This document shows positions 48,380-60,789 of a DNA stretch of 64,000 bases, piece by piece. Location of the stretch: positions 90,644,001 to 90,708,000 of the forward strand of contig NC_043005.1 of assembly GCF_006345805.1 (NCBI RefSeq). The letters run 5' to 3'. Source of the stretch: Octopus sinensis. Its lineage: Eukaryota. Each line of letters opens with the position of its first letter. Position 1 is the stretch's first letter. The position numbers and the translations under genes are program-made. The notes beneath the pieces were generated by a model. It saw only the letters and a program-made list of their open reading frames with translations, searched no databases and was not told the DNA's origin.

Positions 48380-49208
48380 CAACACTGGTTTCAGATTTTG
48401 GCACAAGGCCAGCAATTTCATTTGAGTGAGCAAGGGGATTACATCGATCCCACTGATCAGTTAGTACATATTCTCTTGGCCCTGAAAGGATGAAAGGTAA
48501 AGTCGGCCTCGGTGGAATTTAAACACAGAGCGTAAAGACGGACGAAATGCCGCAAAGCATCATGTCCGGTGTGCAAACGATTCTGCCAGCTGGCTACCCT
48601 AAAGTCATATGTAATACTGATTTCAAATTTTGGCACAAGGTCAGTTATTTCAGGGGCAGGTGCTCAGTGGGCTATATCGACTCTATTGCTCAACTGGTAC
48701 TAATTTTGTTGACCCCGAAAGGATGAAAGGCGTAGTCGACCTCGGCGTAATTTGAACTCAGAACGTAAAGACAGACAGAATACCTATTTCTTTACTACCC
48801 ACAAGGGGCTAAACACAGAGGGGATAAACAAGGACAGACAAACGCATTAAGTCGATTGTATCGATCCCAGTGCGTAACTGGTACTTAATTTATTGACTCC
48901 GAAAGGATGAAAGGCAAAGTCGACCTCGGCGGGATTTGAACTCAGAACGTAGCGGCAGACGAAATACCTATTTCTATTTCTTTACTACCCACAAGGGGCT
49001 AAACACAGGGAGGACAAACAAGGACCGAAAAAAGGGATCAAGTCGATTATATCGACCCCAGTGCGTAACTGGTACTTATTTAATCGACCCCGAATGGATG
49101 AAAGGCAAAGTCGACCTCGGCGGAATTTGAACTCAGAACGTAGCGACAGACGAAATACCGCTAAGCTTTTCCCATGGCATGCAAAGGATTCTGCCAGCTC
49201 GCCGCCTT
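48380..49208 (-). mobile_element. SINE family 1 cluster including a head plus tandem bodies
   Basis: Repeated aaggatgaaaggc..agtcgacctcggc..atttgaactcagaacg. Multimer junctions gaaatacctatttctttac lie at ~48777 and ~48961. The head ends at gccagctcgccgcctt (~49208). Confidence 0.8.
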
Positions 49209-49209
49209 C

Positions 49210-49239
<30 letters not shown>

Positions 49240-49243
<4 letters not shown>

Positions 49244-49650
49244 TTCATTTATTTGCCACAAGGGCAAAGGCTGAGCGGAACAATACAAAGATGGATATAA
49301 AGTGTTGGGGTTTACTTAAAATAAAATAAGAAAAAAGGAAAAAGAAAGAAAGTAAGTATACATGGTATACACTGAAAAAGAAAGGACATGCATAGCATCG
49401 AAACGTTAAAAATAGATAGGTAGGGGGGATGATAGAAATGTGCCCTCCCCCTGCTCGATGAAGGCCTCTAGGGATAATCGAGGAACCCCACTGTCCAAGA
49501 TTTCCCTGTACACAAACAGTAAGGGCCCTCTCCAATTCCCTCTCTCTGACTCACAGGTCTACACTTAAAGAGGTACCATCCACTCTTGCCATTTTCGCAA
49601 CTTTCACCTTCTCTACCCTCAATTTCCTTTTCAAATGAAACTCCTTTCAA
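49240..49650 (-). mobile_element. L1/Tx1-like LINE 3' end remnant
   Basis: Minus translation FHLKRKLRVEKVKVAKMARVDGTSLSVDL* matches YHLKRKVRVER..VARMARMNDEATLSMIL* of the 28.4-kb copy. The UTR ends cccttgtggcaaataaatgaaa followed by (TAT)n. Confidence 0.55.
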
Positions 49651-49763
49651 CTAAAGGCACAAGGCCTGAAATTTGCGGGAGGGGGCTAGTCGATTATGTA
49701 CCATAACTGGTATTAATTTCATCCACCCCGAAAGGATGACAGGCATGGTCGACCTCGGCCGAT

Positions 49764-49842
<79 letters not shown>

Positions 49843-50017
49843 GCAGCAGCAACAACGACAATAACAACAACAATGTTAAACTGCGTTAAGTAACACATGC
49901 TACCTTCCCCCTTTCCAAATACACTTGTGTCTTAAATAGATGGATTTGCTTTTGTCTGTTTGTCTCTTTGGTGTTGTTTACACACACACACGCACACACA
50001 CACACACACACATACAA

Positions 50018-50100
<83 letters not shown>

Positions 50101-50103
<3 letters not shown>

Positions 50104-51183
50104 TATGATAAAAGGCAGATTTTCTCTGCCTGTTCCCATGTTCCTTTTTAATACAATTCTACAATATAGAATTTCTTCAATTGTAATTTACCTACGATTT
50201 TTACATGTAGATTCGATTGGGTCATGGCATATAAAGTTTTTTCAATTTGACCCCCAATTAAGCAAAAATTCGAGAAAAGTAAATATTTTACGATTTGCCT
50301 CTCTAATTTCAACTGCTTCACTCATGCTATTACCATAATTTCTCCTACTTTCTCTTTGCAAGTGTACCTTAAACCACTACTCAAAAAAATACAGACCAAA
50401 CAGAAACAAATAAATACATAACGATTTACTCCTCACACAATTTCTTCAATTGGAGTTTACCTATGATTTTTCCAAGTACATTCCATTCGGTCATGGCATA
50501 TAAATTTCTTTCAATTTCACCCCCAATTAAGCAAAAATTCGAGAAAACTCAATATTTTACGATTTCCCTCTCTCACTTCAAAGGCTTTACTCCGCCTATT
50601 ACCACACTTACTCCCACTTTCTCTTTACACACATAGACACGCAAACGTATACATATATGACAGTGTCAATTGTTGAAAGAAAATTGTAAGCTAAGAAGGT
50701 GTGTGTGTGTGTGTGTACGTGCATGTGTGTGTGTGAGTGTGTGTGTGTGAGAGTGTGTGTGTGTGTGTATGTATGTGTATTAATGCGTGTGTGTTATCTC
50801 TCTCTATAGGAAGCTGAAGTTGTCTGTGTGCGCCAGGTTTGGTAGCCTTCAACTAACACTATCTCCTCCGAGACCCTGCGGCACAAGTTGACCAAAATCG
50901 AGAGTATGATAGAAGGGTTGCTCTTCCTTCCGTAGAAGATAAAATTAAAATCGGACCATGTTAACACCAAAAATTATTTACATCAAAAGGTGCTTTTTTC
51001 TATGAAAATCCCTATATTTTACGATTTTTTCACTGCTGTGTCGCCATTTTTCGGTGTATTTCAACCAGAAAAATGTTCACTTGAAGAGAATAACAGGCTA
51101 CATAATGCAAATTTTTTACTTTTCAAAAATTCCAATTCCAGCGGGTCGAAACAAACCCGAGCAACGCCGGGCGATACTGCTAG
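50101..51183 (+). mobile_element. Non-autonomous Helitron-like element with an internal ~270-bp duplication
   Basis: A/TC 5' end (tcttatgataaaaggcag), subterminal hairpin cccgagcaacgccggg, and a CTAG/T 3' end at 51180-51184. It is inserted in (TA)n. Internal direct repeats start at 50171 and 50440. Confidence 0.72.
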
Positions 51184-51208
51184 TATATGTATATATATAC
51201 ATACATGC

Positions 51209-51295
<87 letters not shown>

Positions 51296-51397
51296 TATAT
51301 TTGTATGTATATATATATGTATATGTATATATATATATACATACACACACACACACATATATATATATATGTATATATAGATGTATATACATAAATG

Positions 51398-51431
<34 letters not shown>

Positions 51432-51711
51432 ATAAACATAAGTGTAGCAAAAAAATTCTCCGCTACCAGCGGTCTAGTGAGAAAGAAAAGATAGTCTAAG
51501 ACTATATAATACACATTCAACAATATAAGGAATGGCCCTGATATGCCATTCGACTCACTAGAAAGAGCAGCCAAACTCAAACCGCTAAATAGTTGTAATT
51601 CTGAAATTGAAAGAGAAATAAAAACATTTACCCTTTTCATCTCTGGACTATGCATAGTTTCGACAAACTTGTAAACAAATTAATGAAATTAAATTAAATT
51701 TATTTAAAACG

Positions 51712-51756
<45 letters not shown>

Positions 51757-51833
51757 GTATATATATATATGTGTATATTTATATATATATATGTATATAT
51801 ATATATATGTGTATATACATATATACATACATG

Positions 51834-51888
<55 letters not shown>

Positions 51889-52761
51889 ACATATGTATGT
51901 ACGTATATGGTACATCTGTTTCCTATTCTGAATCCTCTGCCAGTTTCCAGCTAACTCGTCTCCTACCTATAAAACAAACCATATCGTCGTCACCATAATC
52001 AAAACTAGTGATTGTAGTAATAATAGTCGTGGTGGGGGTGGGGGATAATGGTGGGTAGCTGTGGTGGAAGGTGGTGGGTGGTTTATTAACTTGACAAAAT
52101 CCAAAGGAACGTTTATTTTCTTGAGTCATCCACTCACACACACACACACACACACATCTGATACATGTTAACTATATCTACAACCGCTCACAGCGTCTCT
52201 TTGTTACTCTCTTCCTCCTCCTCTTCTTACACTTCCTCCCCTCTCTCCATCCTCCCCTCCTGTTCCTCCTCATTTTCTGCCTTCTTTTGCCTCGTCCCTC
52301 CGTTTCCCTCCCTCATTCTCTTCCCAATCTTCTTGATTCTCATGCAGCCTCCTATATAAGATGAGCTTCTTTCAGTTTCCGTCCACCAAATCCACTCACA
52401 AGACTCTGCTTGGGCCGAGGTTATCGTAGAAGATACTTGCCAAAGGTGACACGCAGTGGGACCGAAACCCGGAACCATATGGTTGGGAAGCAAGCTTCTT
52501 ACCAAATGACTAGGTCTGCAACTATATAATTCCGTTATAAGGTTTCTTAAGAATCAAGGCAGATCAACCAGAAATGGCACATCAACAAGAAATGGCACAT
52601 CAAATAGTAATGGCACATCAGCCAGAACTGCGAGTTCTAACATAAAACTCGCAGTGAAATAAACAATATTCTCTTCTACTCTTGGCACAAGGCCCGAAAT
52701 TTTCGGGGAGGGGGCCGGTCAATTAGATCGACCCCAGTACGCAACTGGTACTTAATTTATC

Positions 52762-53012
52762 GACCCGGAAAGGATGAAAGGCAAAGTCGACCTAGGCAGA
52801 AATTGAACTCAGAACATGAAGACAGACAAAGTACTACTAAGCATTTCGCCCAGCGTGCTAACGTTTCTGTCAGCTCGCCGCCTTATTGATGACTTCAATT
52901 GTTGGCAGGATTCCGTAGATATGCAAAGAGAAAATCCAGTTTATAATCATAGATCATGAGTGGTTTGTTGGTATGGCGTCGGTGTAAGAAGTAAATGTCA
53001 AATAGCGTTTAA
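52762..53012. repeat. Inverted duplicate of 55668-55917 (SINE head plus unique flank)
   Basis: The flank tagatatgcaaagagaaaatccagtttataatcatagatca..gtaaatgtcaaatagcg occurs reverse-complemented at 55668-55790. The two SINE copies share private variants (gacccggaaagg, gaaattgaac, aaagtact). Confidence 0.85.
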
Positions 53013-54091
53013 AATTCGCGACGGCTGTTTCGGTGGGGTTTTGCTTAATGTAATCCTAAAAAAATTACATCATAATATACAATCCATATATATGTGAGTG
53101 CGTTTTGCGTGTGTGTATGTGTGAGTGTGTGAGTGTGTGTGTGTTGTGTGTGCGCGTGTGTGTGCACGGGTGTGTTTGTGACTGTGTTTCTCCCCCACCA
53201 CCTCTTGATGTGTTTACGTCCTCGTAACTTAACGGTTCGACGATAGAGGCTAATAGAATAAGTACCAGTCTTAATATATAAGCACTAGGGTCGATTCATT
53301 CAACTAAAAAAATTCTTTAAGGTGGTGCCCCAGCATGACCACAGACTGAAACAAGTAAAAAATACATAAACACATATGTGTGTGTGTTTGTGTATGTATG
53401 TACGTACGTGCATTCATACATACATGTGTGTGTGTGTGTGTGTGTGCGTATGGAGGTGTGTGAATGTAAATTGTTTTGTAAAATGCGGAGGGTGGATGGG
53501 GGAATCCCCTTTACTTGCAATACTACAAAAAATATTGTTTTAATTTACGTAAACAATGATCTCTCTTCATCTCCCTCCCCTGTTCCTCCTCCCCTCCTGC
53601 ATCCCGTCAACCCGGCTTCTCTGGAACATTGTTACTATTTTCATCCGCTCTTTTTCCTTTCTTACAGCCTTCATCTTTCATCTTTCAACTTTCCTCCTCC
53701 CCCTCCTCCTCCTCCTCCTCCTCCTCCTCATCATCATCAGCAGCAGCAGCAGCATCAGCAGCAGCAGCATCATCATCAGCATCATCATCATCATCATCAT
53801 CAGCAGCAGCATAATCATCGTTGTTATCACTATCGTCAGCTCCATCTTCATTATCATCATCTTGATCACCATCATCATCGTTGTCGTCATCTTCATCGTC
53901 ATCAATCATCGTAATCACCATCACCTTCATCATCATCGTTGTCGTCATCGTTATCATCGTCATCTTCCCCATGTTCTATTTAACCACGCCGGGTTTAACA
54001 TCGCCCATCTGTCTCTCTGCTAGAGAAGCACCGGTCATACATAGAGGAATTAACCAACCAACTAATACATCTTTATGATATTTTAGTATGT

Positions 54092-54675
54092 GGCGAGCTG
54101 GCAGAAACGTTAGCACGCCGGGCGAAAGGCTTTGTGATATTTCGTCTGCCGTTACGTTCTGAGTTCAAATTCCGCCGAGGTCGACTTTGCCTCTCATCCT
54201 TTCGGGGTCGATAAATTAAGTACCAGTTACGCACTGGGGTATATATAATCGACTTAATCCGTTTGTCTGTCCTTGTTTGTCCCCTCTGTGTTTAGCCCCT
54301 TGTGGGTAGGTATTTCGTCTGCTGTTACGTTCCGAGTTCAAATTCAGCCGCGGTCGACTGTGCCTTTCATCTTTCCGAGATCGATAAATTAAGTACCAGT
54401 TGCGTAATGGGTCGAGCTAATTGATTGTTCCCCCTCATATATATATATTTCTTTACTACCACAAGGGGCTAAACATAGAGGGGACAAACAAGGACAGACA
54501 AAGGGATTAAGTCGATTACATCGACCCAGTGCGAAACTGGTACTTTATTTATCGACCCCGAGAGGATGAAAGGCAAAGTCGACCTCGGCGGAATTTGAAC
54601 TCAGAACGTAACGACAGACGAAATACCGCTAAGCATTTCGCCCGGCGCGCTAACGTTTCTGCCAGCTCGCCGCCT
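54092..54675. mobile_element. Two family-1 SINEs tail-to-tail (+ dimer ~54092-54420; - copy ~54445-54675)
   Basis: ggcgagctggcagaaacgttagcacgccgggcgaaa at 54092 and its reverse complement ending gccagctcgccgcc at ~54673. Confidence 0.75.
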
Positions 54676-54961
54676 TCCCCCTCATATATAATATGTGTGT
54701 GTGTATGTGCGTACGTGCGTTCGTGTGTGTGCGTGCGCGGGTGCCTAGTGGTTAGGATGTTGCACTTACGATCGCCAGATCGCGGGTGCGATCTCCTGAC
54801 TGGACGGCGCATTGTGTTCTTGAGCAAAACACTTCATTTCACTTTGATCCAGTCACTCTTCGATCAGGGGAAAATGTTGGTCAGCTCACCTAGCCAGTGG
54901 CAAAAGCGCATTATGACCAGCGATGTGTAACAACATCTGATAGCCTGGTCGGTCATGTGAT

Positions 54962-55021
<60 letters not shown>

Positions 55022-55149
55022 CGGGAAGCTTTATGAAAATAGACAAAAGACGAAGGCAGGTTTACGGAAATAAACAAAAGACGAAGGCAGGTGGAATACA
55101 AACAAACAATTGTATTAGTATGGCGCTCAGGAAATATAAATAAAACAAG

Positions 55150-55187
55150 TCTTTAACGTTTCGAGCCTACGCTCTTCAACAGAAAGA
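55150..55187 (-). ncRNA. Degenerate minimal type-I hammerhead-ribozyme-like motif, probably from a Penelope-like element LTR
   Basis: Minus strand reads UCUUU-CUGUUGA-A-GAGC-GUAG-GCUC-GAAA-CGUU-AAAGA. Stem I (UCUUU/AAAGA), stem II (GAGC/GCUC), GAAA and a palindromic AACGUU are present. The core has U where CUGANGA requires A. Confidence 0.4.
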
Positions 55188-57382
55188 TACACAGAGAAGA
55201 AACACAGAAAGTAGGGGAGATGATACGTTGGATGATGATGGACCTTCCTGTCGAAGACGACGTATGAGCGTTCATCTTTTTGCCGAACAACCTGTACAAA
55301 TGTTTCGGTTCGTGATGCACATAAGCTCATTCCAGCCATCAAATCGATGTTGCCTGTACAAGTGCATTTGGTACCATGTGTCAGGTGTCGAAATGATCGC
55401 AGAGCAACGTATTTGCGTGTGTGTGAGTATACGATGGGCTTCCCCACAGTTTCCATCCACCAAATTCACCAAGGTAACATTGGTCTGTCCGTGGCTATTG
55501 TAGAAAGTAACTTCGCAAACCACGTAGTGGCAAAACGAACTTGTTTACAACACGACCACCAAACTTTGGCTTACACTCTTCGAGGATCGATAAGTCAAGT
55601 ATTAGTCAAACAATAGGTACAATTGTATCGACTATACTCGCCTATTCTAGAACATTGTGGCCTTTTAAGCGCTATTTGACATTTACTTCCTACACCGACG
55701 CCACACCAACAAACCACTCGTGATCTATGATTATAAACTGGATTTTCTCTTTGCATATCTACGAAATCTGCCAACACTTGAAGTCTTCAATAAGGCGGCG
55801 AGCTGGCAGAAACGTTAGCACGCCGGGTGAAATGCTTAGCAGTACTTTGTCTCTCTTCGTGTTCTGAGTTCAATTTCCGCCTAAGTCGACTTTGCCTTTC
55901 ATCCTTTCCGGGTCGGTATATGAAATCACTATTGCTTCTTATCAAAAAAGAATTGAGAATTTTGTTTCGTTTGCATGAATACACTTAAACAAATATGAGA
56001 CCGCTTTTCTTTTATTATCGCACAAAAGAAAACTTCACTGATCTGATCAGATGCTTATGTAAACGGCTTAAGAAATGCCGCTTCGTATTTCATGCAGTGA
56101 ACAACTGTCTTCCTTCTAATATTGATTTCAAATTTTGGTATAAGGCCAGCAATTTCAAGGGGAGAGGATAAGTAGATTACATCGACCCCAGTGTTCAACT
56201 GGTACTTATTTTTATCGAGCTGGCAGAAACGTTAGCACGCCGGGCGAAATGCGTAGCCGTACTTCGTCTGCCGTTACGTTCTGAGTTCAAATTCTGCCGA
56301 GATCGACTTTGCCTTTCATCCTTTCGGGGTTGATTAAATAAGTACTAGATACGCACTGGGGTCGATATAATCGACTTAATACCTATGTCTGTCCTTGTTT
56401 GTCCTCTCTGTGTTTAGCCCCTTATGGGTAGTAAAGAAATAGCTACTTATTTTATCGATCCAGAATGGATAAAAGGCAAAGTTGCCCTCGGCGGAATTTG
56501 AACTCAGAACGTAAAGACGAACGAAATGCCGCTAAGCATTTTGCCCAGCGTACTAACAATTCTTCCATCTCACCGCCTTTTTGTTTCTTTCTTCAAATCA
56601 TTGAGTTCAGATTATTCCAAGGAAGTTGTTGCAGCTGCTGCCGTTATTGATAATGTTGTTGAAAAAAAAAGTTATAATAAAAATCGTTGCGAGTTCGCAT
56701 CAAAACATATCGTAATGGAGGAAACATTGAAATCTGTCGTCTGCCGTTTTCACAAATATGTCGCCTCATGCAGAGAACTCTCTAACCTCAGTCGGTATAA
56801 TTTAGTTTCCTCACGCAGCGTTAAGTTTCCATGCGAACTTACACCGATTTTTAACGGATTTTACTTATGAAGCAAAGAGCTATCGAATCGCAAGTAATAC
56901 GATTCAGTTTTCTCAATCACTGTAATACATTTTCATATGAATTTCCAATAATTTTTATTTCAAATTTATTCAATGCAGCTTTTTTTTGCTTCAAGACAAG
57001 AGTTTGTTCATTCATTCATTCATCATCATCATCACCATCATCATCCCCTGAAATTACCGTCCCGAGTCCAAGGACTCATGGAGCCGGTCACTCGGTTGTC
57101 ATGGTGTATAAGTGGCCGAGACCACAACATTCTCTCTGAATTATCGCAGAGATATTCATTTACAGCTGAGTGAACTGGAGTGAAATGAAGTGTTTCCTCA
57201 AGAATACAATGCGTAGCTCGGCCCGGGAATCGAAACCACAATCCTGCGATCGTGAGTGCAACAGCCTAATCACTCGGCCGCATGCCTTCACTTTAGAGTT
57301 TGTTCATTGAAACATCGGAAATAAATTATTTTGCAAAATGTAACGATACGGCTTATATTTATTTTATATTGTTTCTAAAATA

Positions 57383-57598
57383 CGAGGAGATGCTAAAAGT
57401 TCTTGGTTTTAAGGGTATTGGGAAAGGCCTGGTTGGAGGCCCAGCCTTCCGAGTTCTTTTACAGGGCTTAGCGAAACTGAAGGACTGCTGCAACAGGTGT
57501 GTGAACCTGAGAGGGGAATATGTTGAATAAAATCATAATTACCTGATCCTCCTGTACTTTTTTGCACCCAAAGGCAGGAGCTTTTTAGCACCTCCTCG
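57383..57598 (+). mobile_element. Internally deleted mariner element (MITE)
   Basis: TA-flanked TIRs CGAGGAGATGCTAAAAGTTC / GAGCTTTTTAGCACCTCCTCG. The interior encodes a mariner-like C-terminus KDCCNRCVNLRGEYVE*. Confidence 0.78.
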
Positions 57599-57778
57599 TA
57601 TTTTACCACCAAAGACCTTTTCCCATGTACTAGAGGCATTAAAAGATACGGAGAAAAGAAAATATCTACAATGAATCCTCTTCTATCAAATAAATAAATA
57701 AATAGATAAAGAAAGAACGCGAGATGAAATGATGCGTCAAAAGCTCACGGATCGTCAATCCATTTAAAATTTTCTCTT

Positions 57779-58629
57779 CTTCTTAATCCTTTTTTTTTTT
57801 CGCCTTGTGGAGCATAGGGCCTCAACAGTTGTTTTCCACTTTTTGCGGTCATTGGCGTGTTTCTTGGCTGCTTCCCATGTCAGGCCGGTGGTCTTGAGCT
57901 TGTCCAAAATACCCCGCTTCCATGTCTGCTTCGGGCGTCCTCGCTTCCTTTTCCCCTGCGGGTTCCAGTCAAGTGCTTGTCGTGTCACATTTGAGGGTTC
58001 TTTCCGCAGTGTGTGTACGATCCATCTCCGTTTCCTCCGTCTAATCTGAACATGTATGGGCTCCTGGTTGGCCCTTTCCAACAGATCGTTGTTTGGCACT
58101 CTGTCGAACCACTTCAGATGGAGGATCAGCCGGAGACATTTGTTGATGAAGGTCTGGATCTTCTTGTAGTTGCTGCAGGTGGCTCCCCATGTTTCAGAGC
58201 CATACAAAAGCACATATTTTACGTTTGGACTAAATAAGCGGAGTTTAGTTCGAGTTGAGATGGCAGTGGACTTCCATACTGGCCGAAGAATAGCGAAGGC
58301 TTGCCAAACCTTCTTGCTTCTTGCCGTGATGCCTTCGCCTGATCCACCTGATTTGCTGATCTTGCTGCCAAGATAGACAAACTCACTAACTTCTTCCACA
58401 GGTTCCCCCTCGATTGTGATTAGCTCTTCTTGTTTGTTGTTGATTTGCAGCACTTTTGTCTTTTCCCGGCTGATCCTCAAGCCCACTCGCCGTGAAGTTT
58501 CAGTCAGGTGGTCTACCTTATCTTGCATGTCTTGCAGGCGATGTGACAGTAGCGCAAGATCATCTGCGTAGTCCAAGTTCTCCAGCTTGTTCATTAATGT
58601 CCACTGAATACCTTTCCCGGAGGTAGCAT
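57779..58629 (-). mobile_element. RTE-clade LINE, 5'-truncated, with uninterrupted ORF fragment
   Basis: LENLDYADDLALLS (RT catalytic motif), FVYLGS, TKLRLF..VLLYGSETW and GKRKRGRPKQTW are open for ~280 codons. An 11-bp TSD AATTTTCTCTT lies at 57768-57778 and 58630-58640. Confidence 0.92.
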
Positions 58630-59249
58630 AATTTTCTCTTAGTGCTGCCGAAATCAAAATTTTAACGACCGTAAAACGTAATAGGCGTTATGTCCTCATT
58701 AAACCGCGACCTGCCGGGAGAGGACGTTCAGCTGCAATTGGCAAGTTACAATTTACCGCCCACGGCGCGATAGTTTCACGCAGGCTTCGAATGCTTTTTT
58801 TACAACCATCAAAACGCGAACGGAAGAGAAGAATACAAACACGTTACCTGATGGGCTGCATGCCACCTCTCACACCTCTATCACGCAGCCTTGCTGCAAT
58901 TTTCTTGTTTAAACAAATTTCATTTAGTTTCCTTCATAAATGATATCAGTTCATTGAAATATCAACGATAGATAGGTTTTAGAGTGTTGGGCAAAATGCA
59001 TGGTGGCATTTGTTACAGTTATTGATGTTCTGAATTCGAATTCTGCCAAGATCAACTTCACCTTTCACTCCACTTCCGGAATCGAAAGAATAAACTCCTG
59101 GTCAAGTACAGGAGTTGATGTAATCGAGTGACCCCATCATTTCTTAAAACTGCTGGCTTGTGCCTAATCACAAAATCAAAAATCTTTATATTTGTGCAAT
59201 GCTTCCATAATATCTCACCCCCAGATATATATCCTTTTTCTTCTCTTTG

Positions 59250-59620
59250 TTTTAGTCATTTGGCAGCGGTCATGCTGGGGCACCATCTTGAAGAATTTTA
59301 GTCGAACGAATTGACACCGGTCCTTGTTTTTCTTTTAAAGCCTGGTACTTACTCTATCGGTGTCTTTTGCCGAACCGCTAAGCAATGGAGACGTAACGTC
59401 ACCAACACCAGTTGCCAAATGGTGGTGAGGGACAAACACAGACACGAATACACACACACACACACATGCGCGCGTGTATACTACGGGCTTCTTGCAGTTT
59501 CCTTCTAACAAGTCCGCTCACAAGAGTTCCGTCGGTCTGAGGCTGAAGTATAAGTGCCATTCAGTGGGACTGAACCCGGAATCCATGTTGTTGAAGCAAG
59601 TTTCTTACCACTCAGCCGCG
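59250..59620 (-). mobile_element. tRNA-derived SINE, family 2
   Basis: tttagtcatttggcagcggtcatgctgggg..ttgccgaaccgctaag..gtgggactgaacccggaatccatg is the reverse complement of family 2. Confidence 0.65.
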
Positions 59621-59745
59621 CCCTCGCCTATATATATATATATGAGTCGCCATGATAGATCGTTAGCCACTACACACATTTTTTTCTCTCCTTGTCTTTT
59701 CTGTGTCACCACCTGTCTTCGTCTTCTGTTTTTTTCGTAAACTCT

Positions 59746-59796
<51 letters not shown>

Positions 59797-60663
59797 ATCT
59801 CGAAGCACATATAAAGCTCTAAATAATATCATGTAAATATTGAGTTGAAAACCCCCTTTCGGATAGAAAAGTCAATGGCTGTGTTCTAGCAGTGGACCAA
59901 AGGGTTTCTTCGAATTTCTTCTTCATTTTAGAAATGTTATTCTTACTGGCGATAATTGTATGGAGCTGACGTCATGAGAATTTCATAAATATTCGAGAGA
60001 TGCAGGTTCAAGTCCCATGGACAGTCTTCCTTTTTCTCTCCAACGTGGTTTTTCAACCTCATATTTACACCGAACCATTAATTAAAAAAAAAAAAGAAAC
60101 GAAGAACGAAAATTTACAAAATTCTTACGTCATTACACACACACACATACACAAACATACACACGCATATACGTATATGTATGTATGTGTGTATATATAT
60201 GTTTGTACATTCTCCATGTATATTGCATATATGTCCGTATGTATTATAATAATGATCCTAACAATTATTATAATGCAGCAGGAAGCTGTCGACAATTGCT
60301 CCTCTGGGACACCGTTTCAGTGTTTAGCTCGTTGATTAATGTTCTTGGGAATGGTAGAAAGATTGACCGTAACACAGATCAAGACCCAGCCACTCGCCCT
60401 AACCATCACGTACCGCCATTGCTCAATACATCCTGTTTACGAAATGATAACATTTCTAGTTTATTAACAAGGCCTCAGATTAATAGGGAGACATAAAAAT
60501 CGCTTAAATAGACTCTAAGGGTTTGATTGCTGGTTTCTTTCATCCCCCAGAAGGGGATAGGGAACCAGGAGGACTTCGGCAGGATTTGAGCTCAGAACAG
60601 ACAGGAGCGAATCTAAAGGCATTTTATCTAACATACCACTGGTTCTACCATCTACCTATCGTA

Positions 60664-60711
<48 letters not shown>

Positions 60712-60712
60712 C

Positions 60713-60773
<61 letters not shown>

Positions 60774-60789
60774 TTATTATTATCTTTTT

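Noticed and set aside
49365-49415. Second hammerhead-like string (atgc-ata-gcat-cgaaacgtta)
   Set aside because: It has no CUGANGA core and lies within the 3' UTR of the Tx1-like remnant.
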